Positions 11,047 through 22,573 of a DNA stretch of 64,000 nt are shown piece after piece. Made by a program: the position numbers and the translations under genes. The notes beneath the pieces were generated by a model. The model was given only the letters and a program-made list of their open reading frames with translations. It did no database searches and was not told the DNA's origin. The stretch comes from a bacterium (GTDB lineage: Bacteria; Bacillota; Clostridia; Lachnospirales; Lachnospiraceae): assembly GCA_030539165.1 (NCBI GenBank), contig JAUNSO010000006.1, forward strand, positions 40,242 to 104,241, written 5' to 3'. Position 1 is the first letter of the stretch. The number at the start of each line of letters is the position of its first letter.

Positions 11047-13086
11047 ATGGGTAAAACTGTTTTTATAGCGGAAAAGCCAAGCGTGGCAAGAGAATTTGCC
11101 AATGCTTTAAAATTAAATACGAAAAAATATGATGGATATCTGGAATCAGAAAATACGATTGTGACTTGGTGTGTAGGACATCTGGTGACCATGAGCTACC
11201 CGGATGCATATGATCCCAAATATAAGAAGTGGAGCTTTACAACACTTCCGTTTTTGCCGCAGGAATACCTGTATGAGGTGATTCCATCGGCTGCAAAGCA
11301 GTATCAGATCGTAAGCGGACTCCTGAACCGGGAAGATGTGGATACCATTTATGTATGCACTGACTCAGGGCGTGAGGGAGAGTACATATACAGACTGGTA
11401 GAACGACAGGCAAATGTGACAGGGAAAACGAGACGCAGAGTATGGATTGATTCACAGACCGAAGAAGAAATTGTACGGGGGATCAAGGAAGCCAAGGATC
11501 TGTCAGCCTATGATAATCTTTCAGAAGCCGCCTATCTTCGCGCAAAAGAAGACTATCTGATGGGCATCAATTTTTCACGTGCTCTGACTCTGAAATATGG
11601 TGATTCTATCTCTAACTTTCTGCAGATGAAATATGCGGTTGTATCTGTTGGACGTGTCATGACCTGTGTACTTGGAATGGTCGTGAAAAGAGAACGGGAG
11701 ATCAGGGAATTCGTCAAGACTCCATTTTACAGAGTGATCGCAAACCTGAAGCTGTCTGCAGGCGGAAACGGATTTGAAGCAGAGTGGAAAGCAATAGAAG
11801 GGTCTGCATATTACCAGTCTCCTTTGCTTTATAAAGAAAACGGTTTCAAAGAACAGAAGGATGCAGAGGCACTGATTGAAAACCTAAAGGGCGTACAGCC
11901 TTTTGAGGCAGTTATAGCATCTCTGGAAAAGAAAAAAGAAAATAAAAATGCACCGCTGCTGTATAATCTGGCTGAACTGCAAAATGACTGTTCCAAGTTC
12001 TTCAAGATCAGCCCGGATGAAACATTACGTATCGTTCAGGAATTGTATGAAAGAAAAGCGGTTACTTATCCGAGAACAGATGCCAGAGTATTATCCACTG
12101 CTGTCGCAAAGGAGATTCACAAGAATATCTCAGGCTTGAAAAATTACGGTCATGTTTCTTCATTTGCAGCAGAAATACTGGAAAAGGGATCTTATAAGGA
12201 CATTGCAAAGACCCGATATGTCAATGACAAGCAGATCACGGATCACTATGCCATCGTGCCGACCGGACAGGGCTTAGACGGACTGAGAAGTCTGTCAGAG
12301 CTGTCGAATAAGGTTTACGAGGTCATAGCCCGGAGATTCCTGAGCATCTTTTATCCTGCAGCTGTTTATCAAAAGACCGGAATCACGGCAAGGATAGGCA
12401 TTGAAACATTTCAGGCTAATTTTAAGGTACTGCTGGAGGAAGGCTATCTGCAGGTGACCACATTTTCCTTTGCCAAAAAGAAGGCGGAGCAGGAAGCAGC
12501 AGAGGACAGTCCGGCAGAGGACGGAAATGAAGATGAAAACCAATGTGATGCCAATTTCCTGACAGCACTGCAGACACTAAAAAAGGGTGACTCGCTGCAG
12601 GTCGGACAACTGTCAGTCAAGGAAGGTGAGACATCACCGCCGAAACGATATACCTCCGGTTCCATGATTTTGGCGATGGAAAATGCGGGGCAGCTGATCG
12701 AGGACGAGGAGCTGCGTGCCCAAATAAAAGGAAGCGGTATCGGAACGTCTGCCACCAGAGCAGAAATCCTGAAAAAACTAGTCGGTAACAAATACCTGAA
12801 TCTGAACAAAAAGACACAGGTGATCACACCGGCCCTGATGGGCGAGATGATTTATGATGTGGTAGATGCATCCATCAGACCGTTACTGGATCCCAAGCTG
12901 ACAGCCAGCTGGGAGAAGGGACTGACAGGGGTTGCAGAGGGTGAGATTACGGCAGACGAGTACATGAATAAACTGAATGATTATGTGTCCAGAAGAACAA
13001 ATGCAGTACGCGGGCTGAACAACCAGTCGGCACTGCGCGGACAGTTCATGAAAGCAAAGCAGTTTTATAAAACAAATACAAAATAG
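11047..13086 (+). CDS. topB: DNA topoisomerase III (type IA)
   Basis: TOPRIM N-terminus (VFIAEKPS...WCVGHL), DxD region (CTDSGREGE) and active-site Tyr context (VTYPRTD). Confidence 0.88.
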   Translation: MGKTVFIAEKPSVAREFANALKLNTKKYDGYLESENTIVTWCVGHLVTMSYPDAYDPKYKKWSFTTLPFLPQEYLYEVIPSAAKQYQIVSGLLNREDVDTIYVCTDSGREGEYIYRLVERQANVTGKTRRRVWIDSQTEEEIVRGIKEAKDLSAYDNLSEAAYLRAKEDYLMGINFSRALTLKYGDSISNFLQMKYAVVSVGRVMTCVLGMVVKREREIREFVKTPFYRVIANLKLSAGGNGFEAEWKAIEGSAYYQSPLLYKENGFKEQKDAEALIENLKGVQPFEAVIASLEKKKENKNAPLLYNLAELQNDCSKFFKISPDETLRIVQELYERKAVTYPRTDARVLSTAVAKEIHKNISGLKNYGHVSSFAAEILEKGSYKDIAKTRYVNDKQITDHYAIVPTGQGLDGLRSLSELSNKVYEVIARRFLSIFYPAAVYQKTGITARIGIETFQANFKVLLEEGYLQVTTFSFAKKKAEQEAAEDSPAEDGNEDENQCDANFLTALQTLKKGDSLQVGQLSVKEGETSPPKRYTSGSMILAMENAGQLIEDEELRAQIKGSGIGTSATRAEILKKLVGNKYLNLNKKTQVITPALMGEMIYDVVDASIRPLLDPKLTASWEKGLTGVAEGEITADEYMNKLNDYVSRRTNAVRGLNNQSALRGQFMKAKQFYKTNTK

Positions 13087-13097
13087 ACAGGAGATCG

Positions 13098-13769
13098 ATG
13101 ATCATGGAAGAAATGAAAATCAAAAATTTATACAATCTGAATGAGACGATTGCAGCAGATCTGTTTGAGGGTCTGACATATCCGTGGGAGGCATTGCCAA
13201 GGATCAGTGCGTTCATTAAGGAACTGGGAGCAAAGCTTCCGAAGGATGAGTATGATGAGGTCAGCGAAAATGTATGGATTGCAAAGAGTGCCAAGGTAGC
13301 ACCGACAGCCAATGTCAACGGGCCGGCAATCATCGGCAGGGACGCGGAGGTGCGTCACTGTGCATTTATCAGAGGCAATGCAATCGTAGGAGAGGGCGCA
13401 GTGGTAGGAAACTCAACAGAATTAAAGAATGTGGTACTGTTCAACAAGGTACAGGTTCCTCATTATAATTATGTCGGCGATTCTATACTTGGTTATAAAT
13501 CACATATGGGAGCGGGCTCTATCACATCAAATGTAAAATCAGATAAAACATTAGTTGTTGTAAAGAGCAGTGAAGAAAATATAGAGACCGGACTGAAGAA
13601 GTTCGGAGCCATGCTGGGAGATGAGGTTGAGGTCGGATGTAATTCCGTTTTAAATCCCGGAACGGTAATCGGCAGACATACCAATATTTATCCGACATCA
13701 ATGGTACGTGGTTTCATCCCTGCAAACAGTATTTATAAAAAACAAGGAGAAGTTGCAGGCAAGAGATAA
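13098..13769 (+). CDS. Left-handed beta-helix (hexapeptide-repeat) acyltransferase, GlmU C-terminal-like
   Basis: Repeated [LIV]-G-x-x-x-x hexapeptides (IIGRDAEV, IVGEGAVVGNS, VGDSILG, MGAGSITSN, VGCNSVLNPGTVIG). Start could also be an internal Met a few codons in. Confidence 0.6.
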   Translation: MIMEEMKIKNLYNLNETIAADLFEGLTYPWEALPRISAFIKELGAKLPKDEYDEVSENVWIAKSAKVAPTANVNGPAIIGRDAEVRHCAFIRGNAIVGEGAVVGNSTELKNVVLFNKVQVPHYNYVGDSILGYKSHMGAGSITSNVKSDKTLVVVKSSEENIETGLKKFGAMLGDEVEVGCNSVLNPGTVIGRHTNIYPTSMVRGFIPANSIYKKQGEVAGKR

Positions 13770-13784
13770 AAGAGGAGGACACAC

Positions 13785-15110
13785 ATGGGAAGTAGTGATA
13801 CGGGGCAGGATGTATTCGGATCCATTGAAACAGTCATAGACAATATCATCGGCGGTATCTTGATTCTGGAGGTACGTGCGGGAGATCATGCTGTAAAGCC
13901 GTTATATATCAATGATGGATTTTACAGGATGCTTGGCTATGGTAAAAAAGAAGCTGAGATACTGTTTAAAAATATGATGGCGAATATAGTCGTCGAGGAT
14001 AGAACCATTGTAGATCAGGCAATCACGGATGTACTCAAGGACGATGGCTCGGTCGAGGTAGAATTCAGGACGGTTACCAAGGACGGCGGAATACGATGGC
14101 TGCAGGTACGTGCCAATCTGTTCTCACGAGATGCAGATCGAAGTGTATGCGCAGCTATGATGCTGGATGCCACAGAACGTAAGAACATGGAAGAGGAATG
14201 GTCCCGACAGGCAGAACGGATGAGTCTGTTATCCGAGGTCGAGGGAGAGCATATTCTGGACTACAATGCGAAGACGGATGCGCTGATCTTTAAGACGGCA
14301 CATGACTCAGGCTATCAGCATGATATTGTGCGGCAGAACTATATAGAACGCGGTGATTTTGAAAATATCTATTTTGAGGATAAAGAGAAGCTGCAGGAGA
14401 TCATGAAGGATGCACTCAAATCCCCAAAGCGTGATTCTGTTGATATCCGTATCAAACTGTTTGATGATGAGTACAGATGGTACAGGTTAGTCATCTCAAG
14501 TATTATGGGTAATGAAGGCTATGTCACAAGAGTGGTAGGCAGGATAACAGATATACACAGCGCCAAATTAAAGGAATTGGAATTAGAGGTAAAGGCAGAG
14601 ATCGATCTGCTGACCGGTGTGTTCAATCGTGGAGCTACAGAACAGCTGATTATGCAGTCATTAAAGGAAGAACAAAAAGAAAATTCCAGCAGAATCCATG
14701 CCTTTATGGAGCTGGATCTGGATAATTTCAAAGCAATCAATGATCATCTTGGGCATGCGTATGGAGATCTTGTGCTGAGTGAGACCGCAGAGAAGCTGAA
14801 GAACATGTTTAAGGGCAGAGATATCGTAGGACGTTTTGGCGGCGATGAATTTATCATTTTCATGTATGATATTGAAGATATCAGAAATGCAGGGATTCTG
14901 GCAGGAAAACTATGCCGTATGATCCAGAAATCCTATCCTTGTGTAGACGGGGACATCAATGTGACGGCCAGCATCGGTATTGCAGTATGCAAATCTCCTT
15001 TTATGGAGTATCAGGAGCTGTTTGACATAGCGGATAAGGCACTTTATACGACAAAAAACAACGGTAAGAACGGCTATACAATCTATACAGATGATACGCA
15101 GAGCTCATGA
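13785..15110 (+). CDS. PAS-PAS-GGDEF diguanylate cyclase (intact active site)
   Basis: GGDEF domain with LTGVFNRG, DLDNFKAINDHLGHAYGD and RFGGDEFIIF. Two PAS-like segments lie upstream. Confidence 0.88.
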   Translation: MGSSDTGQDVFGSIETVIDNIIGGILILEVRAGDHAVKPLYINDGFYRMLGYGKKEAEILFKNMMANIVVEDRTIVDQAITDVLKDDGSVEVEFRTVTKDGGIRWLQVRANLFSRDADRSVCAAMMLDATERKNMEEEWSRQAERMSLLSEVEGEHILDYNAKTDALIFKTAHDSGYQHDIVRQNYIERGDFENIYFEDKEKLQEIMKDALKSPKRDSVDIRIKLFDDEYRWYRLVISSIMGNEGYVTRVVGRITDIHSAKLKELELEVKAEIDLLTGVFNRGATEQLIMQSLKEEQKENSSRIHAFMELDLDNFKAINDHLGHAYGDLVLSETAEKLKNMFKGRDIVGRFGGDEFIIFMYDIEDIRNAGILAGKLCRMIQKSYPCVDGDINVTASIGIAVCKSPFMEYQELFDIADKALYTTKNNGKNGYTIYTDDTQSS

Positions 15111-15226
15111 ACCGCAAAAAATACAAAAAACGACTGGATTTTTCGACAGGATTATGAGACAATAACAGATGGTAAAAATGTTTTATGAATGAAATAAAAA
15201 TATAAGTTATTGAAAGGAGTTTTCAC

Positions 15227-15919
15227 ATGATTTATTCACACGAAGTAGAAATGATGTGTCCGGTAGCGCAGGGCGTTAACCATGGCGCAGCACCTATTCC
15301 GGAAGAAGCGAAATGGGTAAAAGCAAAAGAAATTAAGGATATCTCAGGCCTGACACACGGTATTGGCTGGTGTGCACCTCAGCAGGGTGCCTGCAAGCTG
15401 ACACTGAACGTAAAGGAAGGTATCATCCAGGAGGCACTCGTAGAAACAATCGGATGCTCAGGTATGACACACTCAGCTGCTATGGCATCTGAAATCTTAC
15501 CGGGCAGAACCTTGCTCGAGGCACTCAATACAGACCTTGTATGTGATGCAATCAATACTGCAATGAGAGAGTTATTCTTACAGATCGTATACGGCAGAAC
15601 ACAGTCCGCATTCTCTGAGGATGGTCTTGCAATCGGAGCAGGTCTTGAGGATCTTGGAAAGGGTCTTCGTTCACAGGTTGGTACGATGTACGGTACATTA
15701 AAGAAGGGTCCCCGTTATCTTGAGATGGCAGAGGGCTATGTAACAGGTATTGCTCTGGATGCAGAGGACAATATCATCGGTTACAAGTTCGTCAGCCTTG
15801 GAAAGATGACAGACTTCATGAAAAAGGGTGATGATGCGAATACTGCATATGAGAAGGCTTGCGGTCAGTATGGTCGTGTAGACGATGCAGTGAAGATCAT
15901 CGATCCGAGAAAAGAATAG
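15227..15919 (+). CDS. NifU/IscU-N-terminal-like protein, the usual partner of the GGGtGRT protein
   Basis: Cys pattern GWCAPQQGAC ... IGCSGM resembles an Fe-S scaffold N-domain. It lies directly upstream of the GGGtGRT gene. Confidence 0.6.
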   Translation: MIYSHEVEMMCPVAQGVNHGAAPIPEEAKWVKAKEIKDISGLTHGIGWCAPQQGACKLTLNVKEGIIQEALVETIGCSGMTHSAAMASEILPGRTLLEALNTDLVCDAINTAMRELFLQIVYGRTQSAFSEDGLAIGAGLEDLGKGLRSQVGTMYGTLKKGPRYLEMAEGYVTGIALDAEDNIIGYKFVSLGKMTDFMKKGDDANTAYEKACGQYGRVDDAVKIIDPRKE

Positions 15920-15937
15920 AAGAGGAGGAAATGAATA

Positions 15938-16948
15938 ATGGCTTTATTTGAATCATATGAAAGACGTATCAAACAAATTAACGAAGCATTGAACAGCTGT
16001 GGAATTTCTTCCATCGAGGAAGCTGAGAAGATCACAAAAGACGCTGGTCTTGATGTATACAGCATGGTTGAGAAGATCCAGCCGATCTGCTTTGAAAATG
16101 CAAAATGGGCTTACACAGTAGGCGCAGCAATGGCAATCAAGAAAGGCTGCAAGAGAGCAGCAGATGCAGCAGCAGTGATTGGTGAAGGCCTTCAGGCTTT
16201 CTGTATTCCGGGATCAGTTGCTGATACACGTAAGGTTGGTCTTGGACATGGTAACCTTGGCAAGATGCTTCTGGAAGAAGAGACAGAGTGCTTCTGCTTC
16301 TTAGCAGGACATGAGTCATTCGCAGCAGCAGAGGGCGCTATCGGTATCGCTGAGAAGGCAAACAAGGTTCGCCAGAAACCACTGAGAGTTATCTTAAACG
16401 GTCTTGGAAAGGATGCAGCACAGATCATTTCCAGAATCAATGGATTTACTTTTGTAGAGACAGAGTACGATCCGTATACAAATACAGTAAAAGAAGTTTT
16501 CAGAAAATCCTATTCAGAGGGACTTCGTGCCAAGGTTAACTGCTATGGCGCGAACGATGTATGCGAAGGTGTTGCAATCATGTGGAAGGAAGGCGTTGAT
16601 GTGTCTATCACAGGTAACTCAACCAATCCGACCAGATTCCAGCATCCTGTTGCAGGTACTTACAAGAAGGAATGTAACGAGAAGGGCAAGAAGTACTTCT
16701 CAGTTGCTTCAGGCGGTGGTACAGGACGTACACTTCATCCTGATAACATGGCTGCAGGCCCGGCTTCTTATGGTATGACAGATACTATGGGACGTATGCA
16801 TTCAGATGCACAGTTCGCAGGTTCTTCATCTGTTCCGGCTCACGTAGAGATGATGGGTCTGATCGGTGCAGGAAACAATCCGATGGTCGGCATGACAGTT
16901 GCTGTTGCAGTAGCTGTACAGGAAGCTGCTGACGCTGGCAAATTTTAA
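15938..16948 (+). CDS. GGGtGRT-family protein (function unknown)
   Basis: Contains the eponymous motif in ...SVASGGGTGRTLHPDNMAAGPASYGMTD... Confidence 0.8.
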   Translation: MALFESYERRIKQINEALNSCGISSIEEAEKITKDAGLDVYSMVEKIQPICFENAKWAYTVGAAMAIKKGCKRAADAAAVIGEGLQAFCIPGSVADTRKVGLGHGNLGKMLLEEETECFCFLAGHESFAAAEGAIGIAEKANKVRQKPLRVILNGLGKDAAQIISRINGFTFVETEYDPYTNTVKEVFRKSYSEGLRAKVNCYGANDVCEGVAIMWKEGVDVSITGNSTNPTRFQHPVAGTYKKECNEKGKKYFSVASGGGTGRTLHPDNMAAGPASYGMTDTMGRMHSDAQFAGSSSVPAHVEMMGLIGAGNNPMVGMTVAVAVAVQEAADAGKF

Positions 16949-16997
16949 GTAACTATTCATTTGAGGGGCCTCATAAGAGGCAGAAGGAGGTAGTAGT

Positions 16998-17315
16998 ATG
17001 AAGTTAGTAGACAGCTATAAGGAAGCATTTACAAGATACGTGGACTTCAGTGGTGTAACAGACAGAGCAGGTTATTGGTTCTTTGTACTGGCGAATTTCA
17101 TTGTTGCCATTGTGATCGGAATTATTGCAGGTATTATAGGATTCACACCTCTTTCCTACCTGTATAGTCTTGCAGTTTTGGTTCCGTCAATTGCAATCAC
17201 TTGCAGAAGACTCAGAGATGCCGGATACAATCCGCTACTCATTCTTCTTTGTCTGACAGGTATCGGAAGCATTGTTGTTCTGGTATTTACATGTATGCCG
17301 ACTAAGAATGCATAA
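16998..17315 (+). CDS. DUF805-family small inner-membrane protein
   Basis: 105 aa with GRxxRAGYWFF-type N-terminus (DRAGYWFFVLANF), three hydrophobic helices and RRLRDAGYN, all typical of DUF805. Confidence 0.7.
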   Translation: MKLVDSYKEAFTRYVDFSGVTDRAGYWFFVLANFIVAIVIGIIAGIIGFTPLSYLYSLAVLVPSIAITCRRLRDAGYNPLLILLCLTGIGSIVVLVFTCMPTKNA

Positions 17316-17341
17316 TTTTTAAAGAAACAATCTATTTGAAA

Positions 17342-17373
17342 TACCCCTGATGAACAGTCAGGGGTATTTTTTA
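17342..17373 (+). terminator. Intrinsic terminator
   Basis: ATACCCCTGA (17342-17351) pairs with TCAGGGGTAT (17359-17368). The loop is 7 nt and is followed by TTTTT. Confidence 0.85.
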
Positions 17374-17419
17374 TGCAGGAAAGCACATACTAAGCTTATC
17401 AATGTAAAAAGGCAGGTAA

Positions 17420-18871
<1,452 letters not shown>

Positions 18872-18892
18872 AGTGTATACACACCATTATAT

Positions 18893-20179
18893 TTAATTTT
18901 GTATGAGTGACTCCAGATCCTGATAAAATCCCGGATAGGAGATCTTCACACATTCACTTCCGATGATCTCTGTATTTCCCTCGGCCCCGAGTGCAGCAAT
19001 TGCAAATGACATTGCGATACGGTGATCCAGTCTGGAACCAATCACAGTACCCTTGACGGGCTTACCGCCATTGATGATCATACCGTCAGGAGTTGGTGTA
19101 ATATCTACCTCCATGGATGAAAGATTGTCTACAATGGCCTCCAGACGATCAGATTCCTTGACTCTGAGCTCTGCTGCATCCCGTATCACGGTCTGTCCGT
19201 CTGCATAGGCTGCCAGTACGGAGATGATCGGCAGTTCATCGATCAGAGTCGGCACGATGGCTCCCTCGATGGTGACGCCGTGCAGAGCAGAAGATTTCAC
19301 CAGGATATCAGCAAAAGGTTCGCCGTCAAACTGTTCATTTAGAATTTCAATGTGTCCGCCCATTTCTTTCACAACACGCAGCATACCATCCCGGGTAGGA
19401 TTGATGCCGACATTTTTGATCAGTATCTCAGAGTTGGGAACGATCAGAGCAGCAGCGATAAAATATGCGGCAGAGGAGAGGTCACCGGGAACTACGACAC
19501 GCTGTCCAATCAGAGTCGGCTCAGGGCAGACTGTAATGGTCGTATCCTCCATATAGATTTCTCCACCAAAATAATCAATCATTAATTCTGAGTGATTTCG
19601 TGATACATTTTTTTCAGTTACCGAAGTACGGCTGTCGGCATAAAGTCCTGCAAAGAGGACAGCTGACTTTACCTGTGCAGAATTATAAGGACTGATGTAA
19701 TGAATGCCGTTTAACAGCTTGCCCTTGATCTGCAGAGGAGCACAATTATTGTCTAATGTACTGGATATATCAGCACCCATCATGGAAAGAGGCTCGATAA
19801 TACGCAGCATCGGACGTCTTTGGATAGAGCCGTCGCCGGTCAGCATAGAGTCAAATTCCTGTCCTGCCAGAATTCCTGACATCAGACGGATGGTAGTGCC
19901 GCTGTTGCCTACATCAAGAGAAGCAGACGGAGCCTGCAGACCATGCAGACCGACACCATGAATCGTCACGATGCCTTCCGGCTCAGATGAGGACTCCACC
20001 TGTACGCCAAGCTTTTCGAAGCAATCAATGGTAGACAGGCAGTCTGCACCATATAAAAAATTATGAATTTCAGTCTTGCCTGTGGCAAGCGCACCCAGCA
20101 TAACTGCTCTGTGTGTAATAGATTTATCGCCGGGAACAGTGATTTCTCCGCTCAGACGATTTGCTTTTTTAAATATCAT
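18893..20179 (-). CDS. aroA: 3-phosphoshikimate 1-carboxyvinyltransferase (EPSP synthase)
   Basis: PGDKSITHR, VGNSGTTIRL, RVKESDR and DHRIAMSF motifs. Confidence 0.93.
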   Translation of the reverse strand: MIFKKANRLSGEITVPGDKSITHRAVMLGALATGKTEIHNFLYGADCLSTIDCFEKLGVQVESSSEPEGIVTIHGVGLHGLQAPSASLDVGNSGTTIRLMSGILAGQEFDSMLTGDGSIQRRPMLRIIEPLSMMGADISSTLDNNCAPLQIKGKLLNGIHYISPYNSAQVKSAVLFAGLYADSRTSVTEKNVSRNHSELMIDYFGGEIYMEDTTITVCPEPTLIGQRVVVPGDLSSAAYFIAAALIVPNSEILIKNVGINPTRDGMLRVVKEMGGHIEILNEQFDGEPFADILVKSSALHGVTIEGAIVPTLIDELPIISVLAAYADGQTVIRDAAELRVKESDRLEAIVDNLSSMEVDITPTPDGMIINGGKPVKGTVIGSRLDHRIAMSFAIAALGAEGNTEIIGSECVKISYPGFYQDLESLIQN

Positions 20180-20204
20180 GAGAAAATCCTTTCAAATCAC
20201 ATAC

Positions 20205-21305
20205 TTAATGACGTTCATATACTGTATAGTTCTCATCTCGGAGCATCCATCCGGCGGCATGCAGTGCATTTTCCTCATAAAACTCTATCCTGAGTGCACC
20301 CTCTTCAAATTCACGGTTGTGAATGATACCGATATTCTTGATACTGATCTCATGCTCCGCAAGCAGAGTGGCGATCGTAGCAATGATACCGGTCTGATCC
20401 GGAATGTCGCAGTATAATACATAGACCTTCTGAATCGGCCCGAGAGATGCATCCTGCATAGAATCCCGATAATCCTTTGCTTCCGCAAAAAAATCAAACA
20501 GCATAGCAGCATCGTGTGATAAGATGCCTTGTCTGATCCGGTCTAGTTTTGCAGTATATTCCTCTAATAATGTACAAATTTGAGCACTGTTTGTCAAGCA
20601 GATATCCTGCCACATCTCTGGAGATGAGGATGCAATCCGCGTAATATCCTTGAATCCGCCGGCTGCCAGAGTGCGCATGATTTCATCCTCTGTATCATGC
20701 TCTTTTACAAAATCCACAAGTGACGCGGCAAGAATATGCGGCAGATGGGAGATAGCAGCGGTGGCCTGATCATGCTCTGTGGCATCCAGTATAATCGGAA
20801 TTGCATTCAGCGATGATACAAGCTGTTGCATACGTGTGATAAGCTCTGGTCTGGTATGTTTGCTTGGAGTCAGAATATAGTATGCATTTTCCAGCAGTCT
20901 GGCATTGGAATGCAGATAGCCTGATTTCTCCGAGCCGGTCATGGGATGTCCGCCTATGAAATGCTCTGAGAGACCGCTTGCAAGGACACTGTGCATGATA
21001 TTTTCCTTCACACTGCCGACATCTGTCAGGATACAGTCATCTGAGATGCGTGAAGTCAGATGACACAATGCCTGTGCATTTTTCAGAACAGGAGCACATA
21101 AAAATATAATGCTGCATTGACTGAAGGAATCATCAATATCTGTGCACAGGACATCGACAATGCCTTCATTCTGTGCAGTTAACAGTGACCGCAGATCCAG
21201 ATCATATGCCGTGATGACGGCATCCGGATATGCTTTTTTATATGCCTTGGCGATCGAACCGCCAATCAGACCGAGGCCGATAAAGCCGATGGTTGTATGT
21301 TCCAT
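20205..21305 (-). CDS. tyrA: Prephenate dehydrogenase with C-terminal ACT-like domain
   Basis: NAD fold IGFIGLGLIGGSIA, GGHPMTGSE motif and a C-terminal roughly 70-aa ACT-like region. Confidence 0.87.
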   Translation of the reverse strand: MEHTTIGFIGLGLIGGSIAKAYKKAYPDAVITAYDLDLRSLLTAQNEGIVDVLCTDIDDSFSQCSIIFLCAPVLKNAQALCHLTSRISDDCILTDVGSVKENIMHSVLASGLSEHFIGGHPMTGSEKSGYLHSNARLLENAYYILTPSKHTRPELITRMQQLVSSLNAIPIILDATEHDQATAAISHLPHILAASLVDFVKEHDTEDEIMRTLAAGGFKDITRIASSSPEMWQDICLTNSAQICTLLEEYTAKLDRIRQGILSHDAAMLFDFFAEAKDYRDSMQDASLGPIQKVYVLYCDIPDQTGIIATIATLLAEHEISIKNIGIIHNREFEEGALRIEFYEENALHAAGWMLRDENYTVYERH

Positions 21306-21306
21306 T

Positions 21307-22320
21307 TTAAAAGCTCCTGTTCATCAGACCGCAGAAGGGCTTGATTTCATCACATAATGTGTTAAACTGCGCGAAAGTCAGAGACTGAGGACCGTCTGAC
21401 AATGCATTTGCAGGATCATTGTGCACCTCAATCATCAGTCCGTCGGCGCCTGCAGCGATTGCAGACTTGGCAAGCGGTGAGACATAGGCTCTGACACCGG
21501 TGGCATGTGACGGATCGACAATGACAGGCAGATAGGTTTTGGATTTCAGTACAGGAACCGCACTGATGTCCAGTGTATTCCGGGTAGCTGTTTCAAAGGT
21601 ACGGATACCGCGTTCACACAGTATGACATTCGGATTGCCTTCTGAAATAATATACTCTGCAGCATTCAGCCATTCATCAATGGTAGCAGATAATCCACGC
21701 TTCAGCAGTACCGGCAGTCCGGCCCGTCCGGCCTCCTTGAGCAGAAAGAAGTTCTGCATATTGCGTGCACCGATCTGGATCATATCGACATATTTGACAG
21801 CTGTATTAATGGCATCCAGACTGATGACCTCACTGATCGTTGCCAGCCCGGTTTCTTTGCCTGCCTCCTGCAGATAGCGTAATCCGTCCTCACCAAGACC
21901 CTGGAAAGCATAAGGTGAAGTACGGGGCTTATAAGCACCGCCGCGCAAAATCGTAGCACCTGCCTTTTTGACATTCTGTGCAATCAGATGCATCTGTTCT
22001 TCTGTTTCGACTGCACATGGGCCAGCCATGATGGTCAGTGTATCGGGGCCGATGGATGTATTGCCGACCTGAATACGGATGGGCTCCGGATGAAACTTTT
22101 TGTTAGATAGTTTATAACTTTCTGTTACCGGTACGATCTTATCTACACCTTCAAAGATTTCAAGGTTGTCATATGCCAGCTTGGATTTGTCACCGACTAC
22201 GCCGATGATGGTGACCTCCTTACCTTGTGAGAGATGAGTCTCCAGACCCTTTCTTTGTATGGTATTTACAACACTGCTGATATTTTCAGAGGATGCCCCC
22301 GGTTTCATTACAATAATCAT
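21307..22320 (-). CDS. aroF: 3-deoxy-7-phosphoheptulonate (DAHP) synthase, class I-beta with N-terminal regulatory domain
   Basis: GPCAVE, LRGGAYKPRTSPYAFQGLG, IGARNMQNF and VDPSH motifs. The stop of this gene abuts the tyrA start. Confidence 0.9.
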   Translation of the reverse strand: MIIVMKPGASSENISSVVNTIQRKGLETHLSQGKEVTIIGVVGDKSKLAYDNLEIFEGVDKIVPVTESYKLSNKKFHPEPIRIQVGNTSIGPDTLTIMAGPCAVETEEQMHLIAQNVKKAGATILRGGAYKPRTSPYAFQGLGEDGLRYLQEAGKETGLATISEVISLDAINTAVKYVDMIQIGARNMQNFFLLKEAGRAGLPVLLKRGLSATIDEWLNAAEYIISEGNPNVILCERGIRTFETATRNTLDISAVPVLKSKTYLPVIVDPSHATGVRAYVSPLAKSAIAAGADGLMIEVHNDPANALSDGPQSLTFAQFNTLCDEIKPFCGLMNRSF

Positions 22321-22471
22321 GATTGTTGTCCTTTCTTTCTGTAATAGTGATGAAAATCTGTAACGTAATTTATTGTAGCGAGTTCAGTTACAGTTGTCAA
22401 CACTTAAATGCATTAAAGCGCAACGCTTTAAAGTGATAAATTATTAACTTTGTTAAAAGTGTATAAAGAAC

Positions 22472-22500
22472 TTGCATTTTGTCTTTCTTTTTATTACAAT
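22472..22500 (+). promoter_or_regulatory. Sigma-A-like promoter for the EF-G2 gene
   Basis: TTGCAT (22472-22477), 17-nt spacer, TACAAT (22495-22500). Confidence 0.45.
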
Positions 22501-22573
22501 ATTACCATGGGTAGAAACCAAATGACTGAGAATTTCAAGAGGTCATAACAAACAGTATTGGAGGAACTTGAAT

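Noticed and set aside
10725-11192. 155-aa antisense ORF. The same applies to 42090-42677 (195 aa), 55231-55746 (171 aa), 58345-58899 (184 aa), 18227-18691 (154 aa) and 31619-32131 (170 aa).
   Set aside because: All lie fully antisense to strongly supported conserved genes, lack an RBS, and have the skewed composition typical of shadow ORFs.
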